A stretch of DNA of 64,000 bases from NCBI GenBank assembly GCA_050084985.1, contig JBITNC010000001.1:58838001-58902000 (forward strand), given 5' to 3'. Of the stretch, positions 53,312-64,000 are shown in pieces (position 1 is the first letter of the stretch; each line of letters opens with the position of its first letter). The DNA is from Nageia nagi. Its lineage: Eukaryota > Plantae > Pinophyta. Below the pieces are notes generated by a model that was given only the letters and a program-made list of their open reading frames with translations, was not told the origin of the DNA and did no database searches. The translations under genes were made by a program, and so were the position numbers.

Positions 53312-55330
53312 TATTATCTACTAAGCAAGAGTAATTGTTAACATAAAGCAAGAAGGAGAATCAATAGACAAGTTAAATTGTACACAAACAAAACATAATT
53401 CTACCTAGCCTTCAATGGAGATTATATAAGAAAGAAATAATACAATATGTCCAATATAATATTAGTAATGTATCTAGATACAGAGCTTAAATATAAATGA
53501 ATAAACTCATGTCATAATACTAGCAATAAATGGAATAACAAAGCATGCATAGAAGCATAATATAACATTCACACAATTATTATAAGTAATGAATTATATT
53601 AATTCACATGATTGTATATTAACCATCTCCTTCTACAAAGCACACTCAATACCCTACTGCCAATGTTCAACATACAAAGCTCTCTACAACCTTGCTCTCA
53701 TTACTAACTATGTTCAAATTTAGACTCTCTACCACTCAACACTTTTATTCTCTCGGGATGCTCTCACATTCACACTCAATATAGATTCTAAGCACATTGT
53801 TATATTCATATAAAATAAAGTACATCTATATATAGAAATGATTCATAGAGTTTGTAATAAAGTAGAACTTTATTTACTCACATGGAACAGTGAATTGATC
53901 AACAAATATTTGGTTGGTAGGAAGATTTGTTAGTTTCTTAGTCTATAACTAATTTGGTTTGTGGTCATACTTTTCATGCCTTCCACACTTAGTTATCATC
54001 ATCAATAATATCCCACTTGAAAACTATGGCTAAGTATGCAACCCAAATTTTATGTGCACCATTTGAATTTCAAAGTACTTATTAACTTTATCAAGGTATC
54101 AATTATGTTTTTTTTTTAATCATCACCTTATACAAATTTATTTCACCTTCTTCAATCATTTATCTGATAAAGCGAAATCTTACCCTGATGTGCTTGGTCC
54201 TACTATGGAATTTTAGATTAACAAAAAGATCAATAACACTCTTATTATCACACTATAATGAAATTGGGCCTTCTTACACACCAAGATCTTAACATAACAA
54301 CTTGAGCTATACAAATTCCTTGCAAGCCTTTGATGCAACAATATGCTTAGCCTTTGTTGTTGATTGAGCAACAACTTCTTACTTCATCAACTAAGGGATC
54401 CTCAAGATAATTCAAATATATATATGCACTTATGTCCTTACAACCATCCACATCTCTTACAAAATTAACATCTACATAGCCCTTAAATTGGCTATCACCC
54501 ATAACTCTATAACATATTGCAACATGTTTTGTTTGTTGAAGATATTAAAAGATCCTCTTCATACCTACCCAATGTTGCCATCCTAGATTTGATATAAACT
54601 AGCTCATTAACCCCACTATATAAGCAAAATATAAATGTGTACATACCATTGGATACATCAACTTGCAAACTGTAATTGCTTATGGCATCTTTTCCATTTT
54701 CTCCTTTTCAGTTGTTATCTTTGGGCATTATTCAATGGACAATGTTGCACCCTATGCAAATGAAGTGATAATTAGCTTGCATTTTTCCATTCCAAATTAT
54801 TTCAACATATTAACCACATATTTCCTTTATCTAATCTAAAACTTTCTGTTTGTTCGGTCCCTCTTGATCTCAATGCCAAGAAAGTAGTGAAGAGCTCCTA
54901 AGTCCTTCATGTCAAACTTCTTTGATATTTTTGCTTTCATCTTTTGAACCGCCTACTGTGAATTACTAATAAGAAGTATGTCATCAATATACAATACAAG
55001 AATAACAAATCTACTTGAATCCTTCAAGTAGTATATGCAATTATCAACATTACATCTTACAAATCCATGCCTAATCATGTAATGGTCAAATCTCTTGTAC
55101 CATTATCTTGGTGACTACTTCAAGCCATATAATGACTTCTTTAGTTTGCAAACTTGATTGGTCCCATTGGTTTGAAACTCCTCTAGCTACTTCACATAGA
55201 TATCTCCCTTTAAATCACCATGAAGGAATGTTGTCTTCACATCCATTTATTCAATTTCCCAATCTCTCATTATTGCCATTGCTAACAAGAGTCTAACAAC
55301 ACTATCTATGCATACCAAATGCAAATTAAA
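53312..55330 (-). mobile_element. Element F: Copia 3' remnant (RT-RH, PPT at about 54008-54019, 3' LTR about 53312-54007)
   Basis: DVKTTFLHGDL, LVLYIDDILL, MKDLGALHYFLGIEI, FHSRTKHI; PPT CAAGTGGGA on the minus strand. Confidence 0.8.
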
Positions 55331-55339
55331 AATTACAAT

Positions 55340-56335
55340 CATCTTCATATGGTAACATTTATAAATGCTTGTTATCATTTTTTATAATAAATAATCAATT
55401 AAATATTTATTCACTTTGTAACAATACTTTGTTTGTAAAAAATTAATTATAAAAGAATTTATATATTCTATAAGTAAGAATGTAATTATAAAAAAGTAGA
55501 TATTTTTTTTTTGATTTTAAAATATTATATATTATATCTCTCTAAATTTTAAAACATCATTATCTAAATCTTAAATTTATATCTATGAATATTAATAAAA
55601 ATAATTACATATTAATTATTTAATATTAAAATAAATTTGAATTGATAATTATTACAAAAATAGTAACTATGCAAGAGAGGTGTCTTAAAATGGAAACCTA
55701 GGGAAAGGAAGGACTCAATTGTCTTAATGTTATACTTTTAAACGAAAATAAAAATGAAAATTGATCCATTAATAAATTTAATATTATTAAAATTAATTTT
55801 AATAAATTTAGAATCATAATAATTTTATTATATTTAAAAAATAATTGAAACAATTAAAACATTTAAATAAATAATTAAATACTTCAAAAAAATCATAAGA
55901 TAAAATATTTATTACATTTTTATTTATAATTTTTATTATATTTTTATTTAATAATATTTTATGTAAAATATCAAAATATTTAAGATAGATACTCTTAAAA
56001 TGATATGTTAACTTATTTTGTAGATATATATTTAAGATATCGGAACTACTTTAATTTAATAGATAATTTAAAATTTACTAAAAAAATAATAATTTTAATT
56101 TTCAATATAAATTTATAGAATTGTACACCATCTCATTACAACTAACTCCGTTACATTTATTAAAGTTCAATAAATTCATTTATGCAAAATACAACTCAAT
56201 ATAATCCTTTATCACAATTACTTAATCAAGATTAAAATTTAAACTTAATATTTTTTAAATAAAAAACCTTAATACACATCTACTCTCCAAGTTTTACATT
56301 ATTAAATTATATCATCTAAAATAAAAGTTAAAACT
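55340..56335. other. Extremely AT-rich non-coding tract
   Basis: Long stretches nearly devoid of G/C; no ORF of 60 aa or more. Confidence 0.7.
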
Positions 56336-56339
56336 GTCA

Positions 56340-57360
56340 AGGGAGATTTCAGGTTCAAAATTCGCTCCTCATATCATGTGGATATGCTAAGTTCAACCGA
56401 TGGATGACCATGTTGATGTCGATGAGACTGGATATGATTCCCGAATAACTTTGACTGAAAAGAACCCTTCAAATACATAATCTTATTTGAAAAAATTAAC
56501 TGAAAAAGTAATTTCATAAAAAAAAATTAAAGTATTTTTGTAATTTCATTAGAGATGTTTTTGTAAATTTCTTTGAAGGACTTTGAAATTAATGCATATA
56601 CATATGGTTAGTGTTACGAATGTCCGGACTGGAGACCTTAATACCCTGAAAAGCCGTGCTTATGACTCGGATTATCTACTCGTATTCGAAGAATGCGTTG
56701 TTAATAGATTGAAGGATATCAAGACTTGATCAGAACAAGTAGGATGAATTCTTCTCTCGTCCTTGCGTGGTATTGGGACTTCTACGAAGTTTCCACGAGC
56801 CATGCAGTCGAGAAAAATTGGAGTCCCTATTGGAGAGAAAGGATGGGCCGCCGACGCCACCCTCCATGACCGAATGCATAAAGAAGCATCAGCCACTGCT
56901 TTATTTCCAAAACGATGGACGTTGATAGGTTGTGAATTAATATTTGAGGTGATGTGCCATCTTTCGTGATCCTCTGTACGTCAATTCGAATAGGTAATGC
57001 AGGCTCAATAAAGATGGCACTGCAGGTAGTCAAATTAGTACTCGATCTGCTTGGGGTCGATTTTTGTCTTGAAATATCTTTAGTAATTTGTTATTTGGAA
57101 TAGTCAAATTCTGAACACCCATCCAGTCCTCAAATCGCCCTCTCTCTGATTGAGTAAAGGAGAAGACGAAGAATTCACCATGCCTGAGATTTCTATCAAT
57201 TTCTTCTTCTCGCAATACGTCATAAAAGTTTGTTTTGAAAGGTACTCAAGTTTTGTTGGTTACAGATTTGAATCTTTGGTGACAGATTTGAGAAATTCTT
57301 CTTATCAGATAAGCTTAATATGTCGTGATTTTTGGATGAAAAAGATTTTATATTACTAAA
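56340..57360. promoter_or_regulatory. CpG-retaining non-TE island: candidate promoter, enhancer, first exon or ncRNA locus
   Basis: Abundant CG dinucleotides against a CG-depleted background, no TE motifs, W-box and TGACG motifs, a hairpin and a possible splice donor at 57242. Confidence 0.5.
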
Positions 57361-60103
57361 TTTTTTTGATATAAAAAAGGTCGGTTGGATTAAGTACATC
57401 CATTAGAACATCATACTTAGGAACAAAAGTCCACCAAAATAGAAGGTACATATATCTAGAGTTTTGTCAAAATACAATATCCAAGAAAATAAGAAAGCTA
57501 CCAAATATTTGTGTATATACCTGAATCAATCATTGGAGGGAGGAAGACGAAAGTTATCCACAAGGTTCATATACTCCCAACCTTCAACCTCCTCAACAAT
57601 ATTACTTTAACCATCATTATAATTACTCCCACTAGCATGGGCACGTGTATCAACTTCTTTATAAGCTTAAGCAGTAGGATTTGATACATCTCCTGAATCG
57701 GTAGCAAGAACAGAAGGTTTAGGATAAATATCCCAACCACTATGAAAGTGAGAAGAGGTAGGATCTCCATCATTCATTTGTTTAGGATTGGGTCGAGGAT
57801 GAGACTGATGACGAGGAGAATTTTCCAAAGTAACACCATTGGATAAAATCCAAAGTGGAGATAGGGTTTGATTAGGAGGAAACTCGTTAGGTGTGAAATG
57901 ACTAATGGTGCAAGGTGTGTTCCTCTAGTGGTCAAGTAAATTGTGTAAGTGATGAATATCCACATTCACTTTTCCACCTATACAATAATATTCAACTAGC
58001 AATTATAGAAAATAACATATTTATTAGCAAGACTAAAGGTTTTCAAAGCCTCTTCCTGACCAAAAATAATATTATTTCTAGTTTTTTTACAAGTGATAGA
58101 GAAAGCTAATTCTAAAAATATTCCATACTTCACCTAAGGGTTATGAAAAACCAAGAGGATCCCCTAAGATAGTATGAACCTAGGAATAAGGGGAAGCTAA
58201 GAAAGGGTGGGAAAAGGAAAGGATCCACTCTACACCTATTTAACTTTACAACAAAACCAAAAATATTAATAAAATCTTTAGGCTCTTGAAAAAAGGACAA
58301 TAGGGTTAGCAACACCCAAATATGTACACTTGTGATCAATAAGATGACCCTGATGAATCATACTCCGAGAAAAAAAACTTTGCTTAGGTTCAATATACTT
58401 ATCCCATCCAACAAAAAATCGCAGAGACCATCTTGACTAAGAAGACACAAGATCATATATAAGGTTTAACATATCAAACATATGAACATTGGGAGAGAGC
58501 AAATAATAACCATTGTGAGGTTTGTATCTAACAAGTTTCATGTTTTTTGGCCTTAACCAATCAGACCACCATGGATTTTGAAAATGATTTCCAATTTTAT
58601 TTGAAACTGAGAAAGTTGCCCTATCCACAACCACATTAAAGGTAGCTTTATCATCTATTTTGAGGCTATAAATGCTTTGAGAAACTTCTCAAGAGTACCA
58701 ATTCTTGGTTTGAAAAAAAATACAAATGTTAAAGAGAATCAATTCCTTTCTTGTGAAAATGTATAGCTTGAACCCATTGGACATTAGCTAGCGACATACC
58801 CTCAATTGAAACAATAGATGACCATTGAACATTAAGGGAGGAAACTGAAGCTCCTACTAACTTATCTTATATATGCCAACTAAGCCAAGGCTTAAGAGAA
58901 TCCCAAGCCTTCCAAATACTCTTGATGATAAAAGATCATGATATTTTAATAGTAATTGGAGTACTAAGGAGGGTTTAAAAACTTAACCCCTTCCAAACCT
59001 TTTTTCCAAAGGGAAGACCTAAAGAAATACAGTGAAGAATAAGAATATTCCAAGCTTCATCCCCCTCTAAAGATTTCAAAATCCACTACACACATAGACC
59101 AAAAGCATGAAGTTGATAATCAAATAGGCCCATTCCACTAACTACCCAAGGGATACAACAAATATCCGAACAAACTATCTGGAAAGCCTCTTTTATGAAC
59201 ATTATAAACTCAAATGAAATCCCCCAAGACTTTGTCTAACTTTTGGTAACATGATTTGGAAGGGACCCAACAAGAATAGTAGTACACATGGGTAGAATCA
59301 AGGACTTTTGAGCATATTTGAAACTTTCCAACTAAAGATAATTTCTTGGTATCCCAATAACTCAACTTTTTATCAACCTTTTGAACCACAAAATTATAAA
59401 TTTGAGCAGGTAAACCTTGAATAGAAAAAGGTATTCCCAAAAATTTAAACATCTATCCATTTTGGATCCATTTCAAAGGGAATCAAGCAAGTCAATCAGG
59501 GAGAAGATAAATAGATTGTCTAACAAAAAACTTATTTTACCACTAGATACTAGAACCAAAGGCAAAATAAAATGTATCTAGGCATCTTAACACATTAACC
59601 ATAGACTGCTCATCTTCTTGAAGAGTAGGAAATGAATCATCAACTAAATGGCCATTAAAGAGCTACATCTAAGAATTGGGATGATAAGTTACTTTAATTA
59701 TATCGTAAGAGGCTTGATGCACAAGGAGGTAACTAAAATCTTCTATAGAGAGGATGAATAAAGAGGGAGATAGAGGAAAGCCTTGGTGAATAGAGTGAGC
59801 TAAAGAAATGTTTTTAGATTGAGAGTCATTCATGGTAAGCACAACAGAAGAATCTCTAAAGAGCATCTTCATAGAAGAAGCAAAATACGAGCCATTGAAA
59901 CCAAGAGCTGAAAGCATGGAAATAATAAAATATCACTCAATCTTGTTATTATAAGCCTTCTCAAAATCATTTTTAATAAATAAAGCATCTTGATTTGAGG
60001 AGTGCACCCATTTAATACGTTCCTACATAGTATAACATAGTCCAAAATATATTATCCTTTAATAAACCTTGTTCACTTTGCTTGAATAATCAAAGGTAAA
60101 ATA
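57361..60103 (-). mobile_element. L1 LINE (LINE-c), RT and 3' end with short poly(A); interrupted by Copia D2
   Basis: 58530-60103 is an inverted close homologue of 49200-50711. Motifs HQGFPLSPSLF, NGHLVDDS, FKFLGIPF and LLWKIL; the minus strand ends TTATATCAAAAAAA at 57361. Confidence 0.85.
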
Positions 60104-63100
60104 TTTTGGAATGTATAATGCAATATTGTAAAGGTTTGTATTAAATATTCTATGTAAGTTCACTAATACTTAAGGGTATCATTTGATACTTAAAGTATTT
60201 AAGTGAATATGATAATGTAACTTGTCCTACAATCCATGTCATGAGCATGCCCCTTGGGTAAAAGGATGTGCATGTCATGCTTTGTACATTGGATAAAAGG
60301 GTGATCCAAAGAGAGATTTTAGCCTATAAATAGAAGGCTCCCTCTTTGTGATCACTACCAATTTGTGGAGTAAAATTATGCTATAGAATAGTGGTTAGGA
60401 GAAAATAGTAGGAGGATTGTAAGAGAGTTGTATCTGTGATTGAAGTAAAGATCTAGTTAGTGGATGTACTCCTAGTTGGAGGAACCGTTTACATCTTGTG
60501 TTATCTTTATGAGATTGCTTTGTGTGATAGTTAGATGTGAATTAAGAGCTTTCATATGATCTTGGTTGTTTACAAATTATCTTGTTAGTGTTAGTTCCTT
60601 CAAATTGGTATCAGAGGCCATTGGAAGCTCCTCTTCACATCCTTGGTGTGGAAGCTCTTCTTCATTCTTCAACATACTCTTCATTGAGGTAAAATAAAGA
60701 GAAAGTATAATGTCCTTCATTTTTGACTTTTGAGCTTATTTTGCTATTTCTACTAACATATTACTTACTATATTTTAGTCCTTATTTATTATGACTAACA
60801 AAGTTACAATTTTGTTACTAATCCTCTATAATACTTGTAATATTTTAATTGCTACATGTTTTTTTAAAAAAATATGGGGGTTAGTATACAAAATTGTTTT
60901 TTTTTTATATAATGTATGTGTTAGCTCAAATTATCACAACATTTGCATAAAATATATGATGCAATTTGCAATTTTTCTTAATTGCTACAATTTTTTTAAG
61001 AAAAGGGGTTATTATACAAAATTTGTGTAATATTACAAAGGTAATATAACAAAATATGCTTAAAATTAAGATAGATGATGCAAGTTTTTAAAACTACTAA
61101 TTTGTTTTTGGGGATGCATTCTTTAATTTAGTGTACAAATTGCAATACTTAATAATTTATTCTTTTAAAAGGGGATGTACTTGCAATTTTTTTTAAACAA
61201 AAGAGGAAGAGGAATTTAATCTATTTGCAAAGTTTTTTTTTTTTTAAATACATAAAATATTTTTACATTATTTTGGAGGATGAACATCCGTGGTCAAAAA
61301 CCCATGGTAGCTTAACCGGCTTGAATGCAAGAGTGAATCCCCTTTGTAATCAGGCTAAATAAGAAATGGAGGGTTGATTAGACTTGGAGGTGGTGTTGTG
61401 GATGAATCTGGCCACTCCTGTGTCCCTCTCAACCCTTTCTTTGAGCCCCTATTGCTTATTCTCCATCATGCGGCCCCTTTCCTCCTATCTAACAATTATT
61501 TGAACCCCTTGCTCTCCACTCTCCACTTGGCCCTTGCGGCCTTCTTCCTATCAGCCTCATCCTTGCCTAGCCTCTGCTCCTCTCCCATGCCTCTCCTCCT
61601 CAACCTCTCCTCTAGCAGTACCTTCACATTTTTTTTTATGTTGTGTACTAACTAGCCTTCCCTTACTCATAGCAATTGTGACTGCTAGCATTGACCTTTT
61701 GGATACTCCTCTCCCCTACCTTGTGATTGCCAAGAACCTCCCATCGCCTTGCTAATGACTTGCTTGAGAGAAAACCACATGGATCTCATGGCCCTCTCAG
61801 CTCTTGCGGCCCTCTGAACCCTTGTGACTGAATCTTTGCCTCCATCTTCACACAACTTGCCACCCACTCCCTTATTTTGGTAGCCATTCCCTTTATCTAT
61901 TTTGTTGCCCAAACTATGGTACATTTTTTTAATGCCTAGTCAACCTTTTTCCTTACTTGTTCCTTTGAGTTGTGTGGAGTAAGAATTCAAACTTAGCATT
62001 AAGTTTGCATCCACTTTTCATTTAATGTTTTGCAAACTTAGTACTTTACTTAAATATTTCCTTGTTGAAAAGGTTTAACCAAAATCAAATCTCATTAGTT
62101 GATATCTTTTTAAAAATTTTAGACATAGGAGTATTTAAAAAAAAGGGGGTACTTTACTCTTGTTTTTGAGTAAACTCTAATTATTTAAAGTAAATTTTTG
62201 AAGCTATATAAGGTATTTTTTCTCTAAAAAGATAAATGATTTAGGTATTATAATTAAGAGAATTAATACTTATTTTTTTATGGTAGAAATTTGACATCAT
62301 TTCGTCAAAGTTAATTTCTTTCTCCTTAAAGTTAAGAGTGATTATACAGTAAGCTCTTATTGCCTAAGTGATCATTGAAGGAATCAAGATCAAGATCCTT
62401 TTCTTTTTAAGAAAAAAAGGGGGAATTGTTTTACTTCAAAATACAAGTTTTTAGTATGCTTTAAGTAAAAAAAAGAGGGGAATTTGTATAATTTTACTTA
62501 AAACTTTATCTAGATTTTGCATGCTTAATTTATTTAAGTTATAATGCATGCTTACTTAATTTTTAAAGTTATAATGCATTCTTCCTACTTAATTCTTAAG
62601 TTAAATAGTGCATGCTTCTTACTTAATTTATTGGAATGGTGCATGCTTACTTAAATATTTTTTTTAAAGCTATGTGAATGATGCATTTTTTTTGCTTAAT
62701 GCTTAAAGCTTAAATTTTTTAATGCATGCTCAAGGACTTCAATTTTTTTTAAGTTAATGCTTAGGACTTAAATGTTTTAAGATGCATGCTTATGACCTAA
62801 AAATGCATTTTGAGTATTTATCCTTATATGGAATGGACTTGTGCAAAATAGGAGATGATGTAAAGATATCTTTTAGGGGTTGGTAAACAAAACCCATTGG
62901 ACACTTAGGTTTCAAATTTTTGAATAGATGATGTTTTACTTATGCTCTTTTATTTCATATTTCATACTTTATTTTATTTGCTTATGCAAACAAAAATTCA
63001 AACATTGATATGAGCAATCTTCTAAAATGAACACACCCACACGTACATTTTGCAACATAACTTATCTGAGAAGCCATGAGGTGAGGATAGGCAAACTAGA

Positions 63101-64000
63101 GCCTTTAAGTTCGCTGATCCAAGCTGTGAAAAGTCTATACTTTTTAATTGCCTCTAAGTCCTCTATTGGTTTAGATTTAACTCTAATAGGTGGATAGGTA
63201 TGTGTGTAGTGATACCATATATCCACATGTCCATTTAGGAATTATCTTGATAACCTAGGAGAACAACTTGAAACCTAATCAAGATTAATAATTTTATCAA
63301 TTCAGTAAATGTTAAAATCTTAAAAAATAACTAGTACTTCTTGTGAGAGTATATTACTACCTAAAAGGAATTGGTTGAGTATTGGTAGGACTTGGGCTCC
63401 TCTTATGTGGGCATCCAAGTGAAGGCCTAATTTTAGATAAGAAAATAAGTCTCAACAATGTCACTCTACATCTACGATTCTTGAGATGAGAAATGTATTT
63501 GGGTACATGGGTTATTATTTGAATTGTAAAACATTTACACTTATGAATCAAATTAAGCATGTATTTAGTGTTAAATGTAACATTTATTATTTACTTGGTT
63601 AAAACATAACATTCAATGTTGTTTATTGAATCATATGGTTATTATTTCACATTATTATGTAGCAAATGGGAGAATCCTTTTTATCCAAACACATTCTTGA
63701 TGGTTCCAACTTTGGGATTTGGAAACCTTGAATGATAGTTGAGTTGTAGGCAAAGAAGCTTTGGCAAATAGTGAATAAGAACTTTGTACTTCCTACAGAT
63801 GAGGAGGTACTAAAGGTTTACAACACAAAGAATGAGTTAGCAACCTCCATGATTTATCGTACAGTTTCAAATGATGTGCTTCTGATGATTTTCTCTTCAA
63901 CCTTGATAAAGAAAGCCTGAGATAAGCTTAAAAAAATCTACCTTGGTTCAAACTTTTTAAGAAGGTTTACCATTCTCCAAAAGTTACTTCAATCTCATCA
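60104..64000 (+). mobile_element. Element D2: second copy of Copia family D (5' LTR 60104-60602, PBS 60606-60616, about 3 kb leader, gag from 63666); runs off the window
   Basis: The LTR is the reverse complement of the D1 LTRs; PBS TGGTATCAGAG; TATA box CCTATAAATAG at about 60323. Confidence 0.92.
63666..64000 (+). pseudogene. gag: Copia gag N-terminus of D2 (in-frame stops)
   Basis: MGESFLSKHILDGSNFGIWKP*M...AKKLWQIV...KA*DKLKKIY, matching the copia gag LxGxNyxxW motif. Confidence 0.88.

Noticed and set aside
55340-56335. AT-rich tract as a Helitron or MITE
   Set aside because: I could not identify terminal inverted repeats, a TSD, or a 3' hairpin with CTRR.
56940-57030. TPP riboswitch or SECIS element
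   Set aside because: Only AGGTAATGC resembles the TPP aptamer; the CUGAGA core is missing, and there is no SECIS UGAN/NGAN quartet.
56340-57360. TAS3 gene, telomerase RNA or snRNA
   Set aside because: No tasiR-ARF or second good miR390 site, no telomere template and no USE element (RTCCCACATCG) was seen.
61374-61924. Overlapping ORFs in the C-rich block as genes
   Set aside because: They lie in the Copia D leader, are low complexity, and have no counterpart ORFs in the D1 copy.
2924-63560. Most short ORFs in the six-frame track as independent genes
   Set aside because: They are fragments of decayed TE proteins or their antisense shadows, or chance ORFs in LTRs and AT-rich DNA.

Overview
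Eukaryotic plant intergenic or intronic DNA. The element types and decay pattern suggest a large-genome seed plant such as a gymnosperm, which is inference only. The window is AT-rich and strongly CpG-depleted, and consists almost entirely of old, stop-riddled retrotransposons; I found no intact protein-coding gene. All alignments and translations beyond the ORF track were done by eye. Architecture: (i) a Ty3/gypsy-like relic at 300-3200; (ii) a pol-less Tat-type LTR element A1 (3690-11723, minus) carrying gag plus an antisense Plant Mobile Domain (PMD) ORF, inserted in repeat B; (iii) a four-level nest on the minus strand: L1 LINE > Tat element A2 (15203-44034, same LTR family as A1, full gag-pol, no PMD) > Athila element C (22659-42903) > Copia element D1 (31234-39882, perfect CCTAA TSD); (iv) a plus-strand L1 (about 46130-50711), a Tat-type LTR fragment, a second copy of repeat B, a decayed tandem ubiquitin-like ORF and a Copia remnant; (v) a roughly 0.8-1 kb non-TE, CpG-retaining island (about 56340-57360) with a long hairpin, W-box/TGACG motifs and a possible first exon; (vi) a minus-strand L1 interrupted by a second Copia D copy that runs off the window. 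The best candidates for something new are the complementary A1/A2 pair (PMD without pol versus pol without PMD, with shared cis-ends) and the CpG island.
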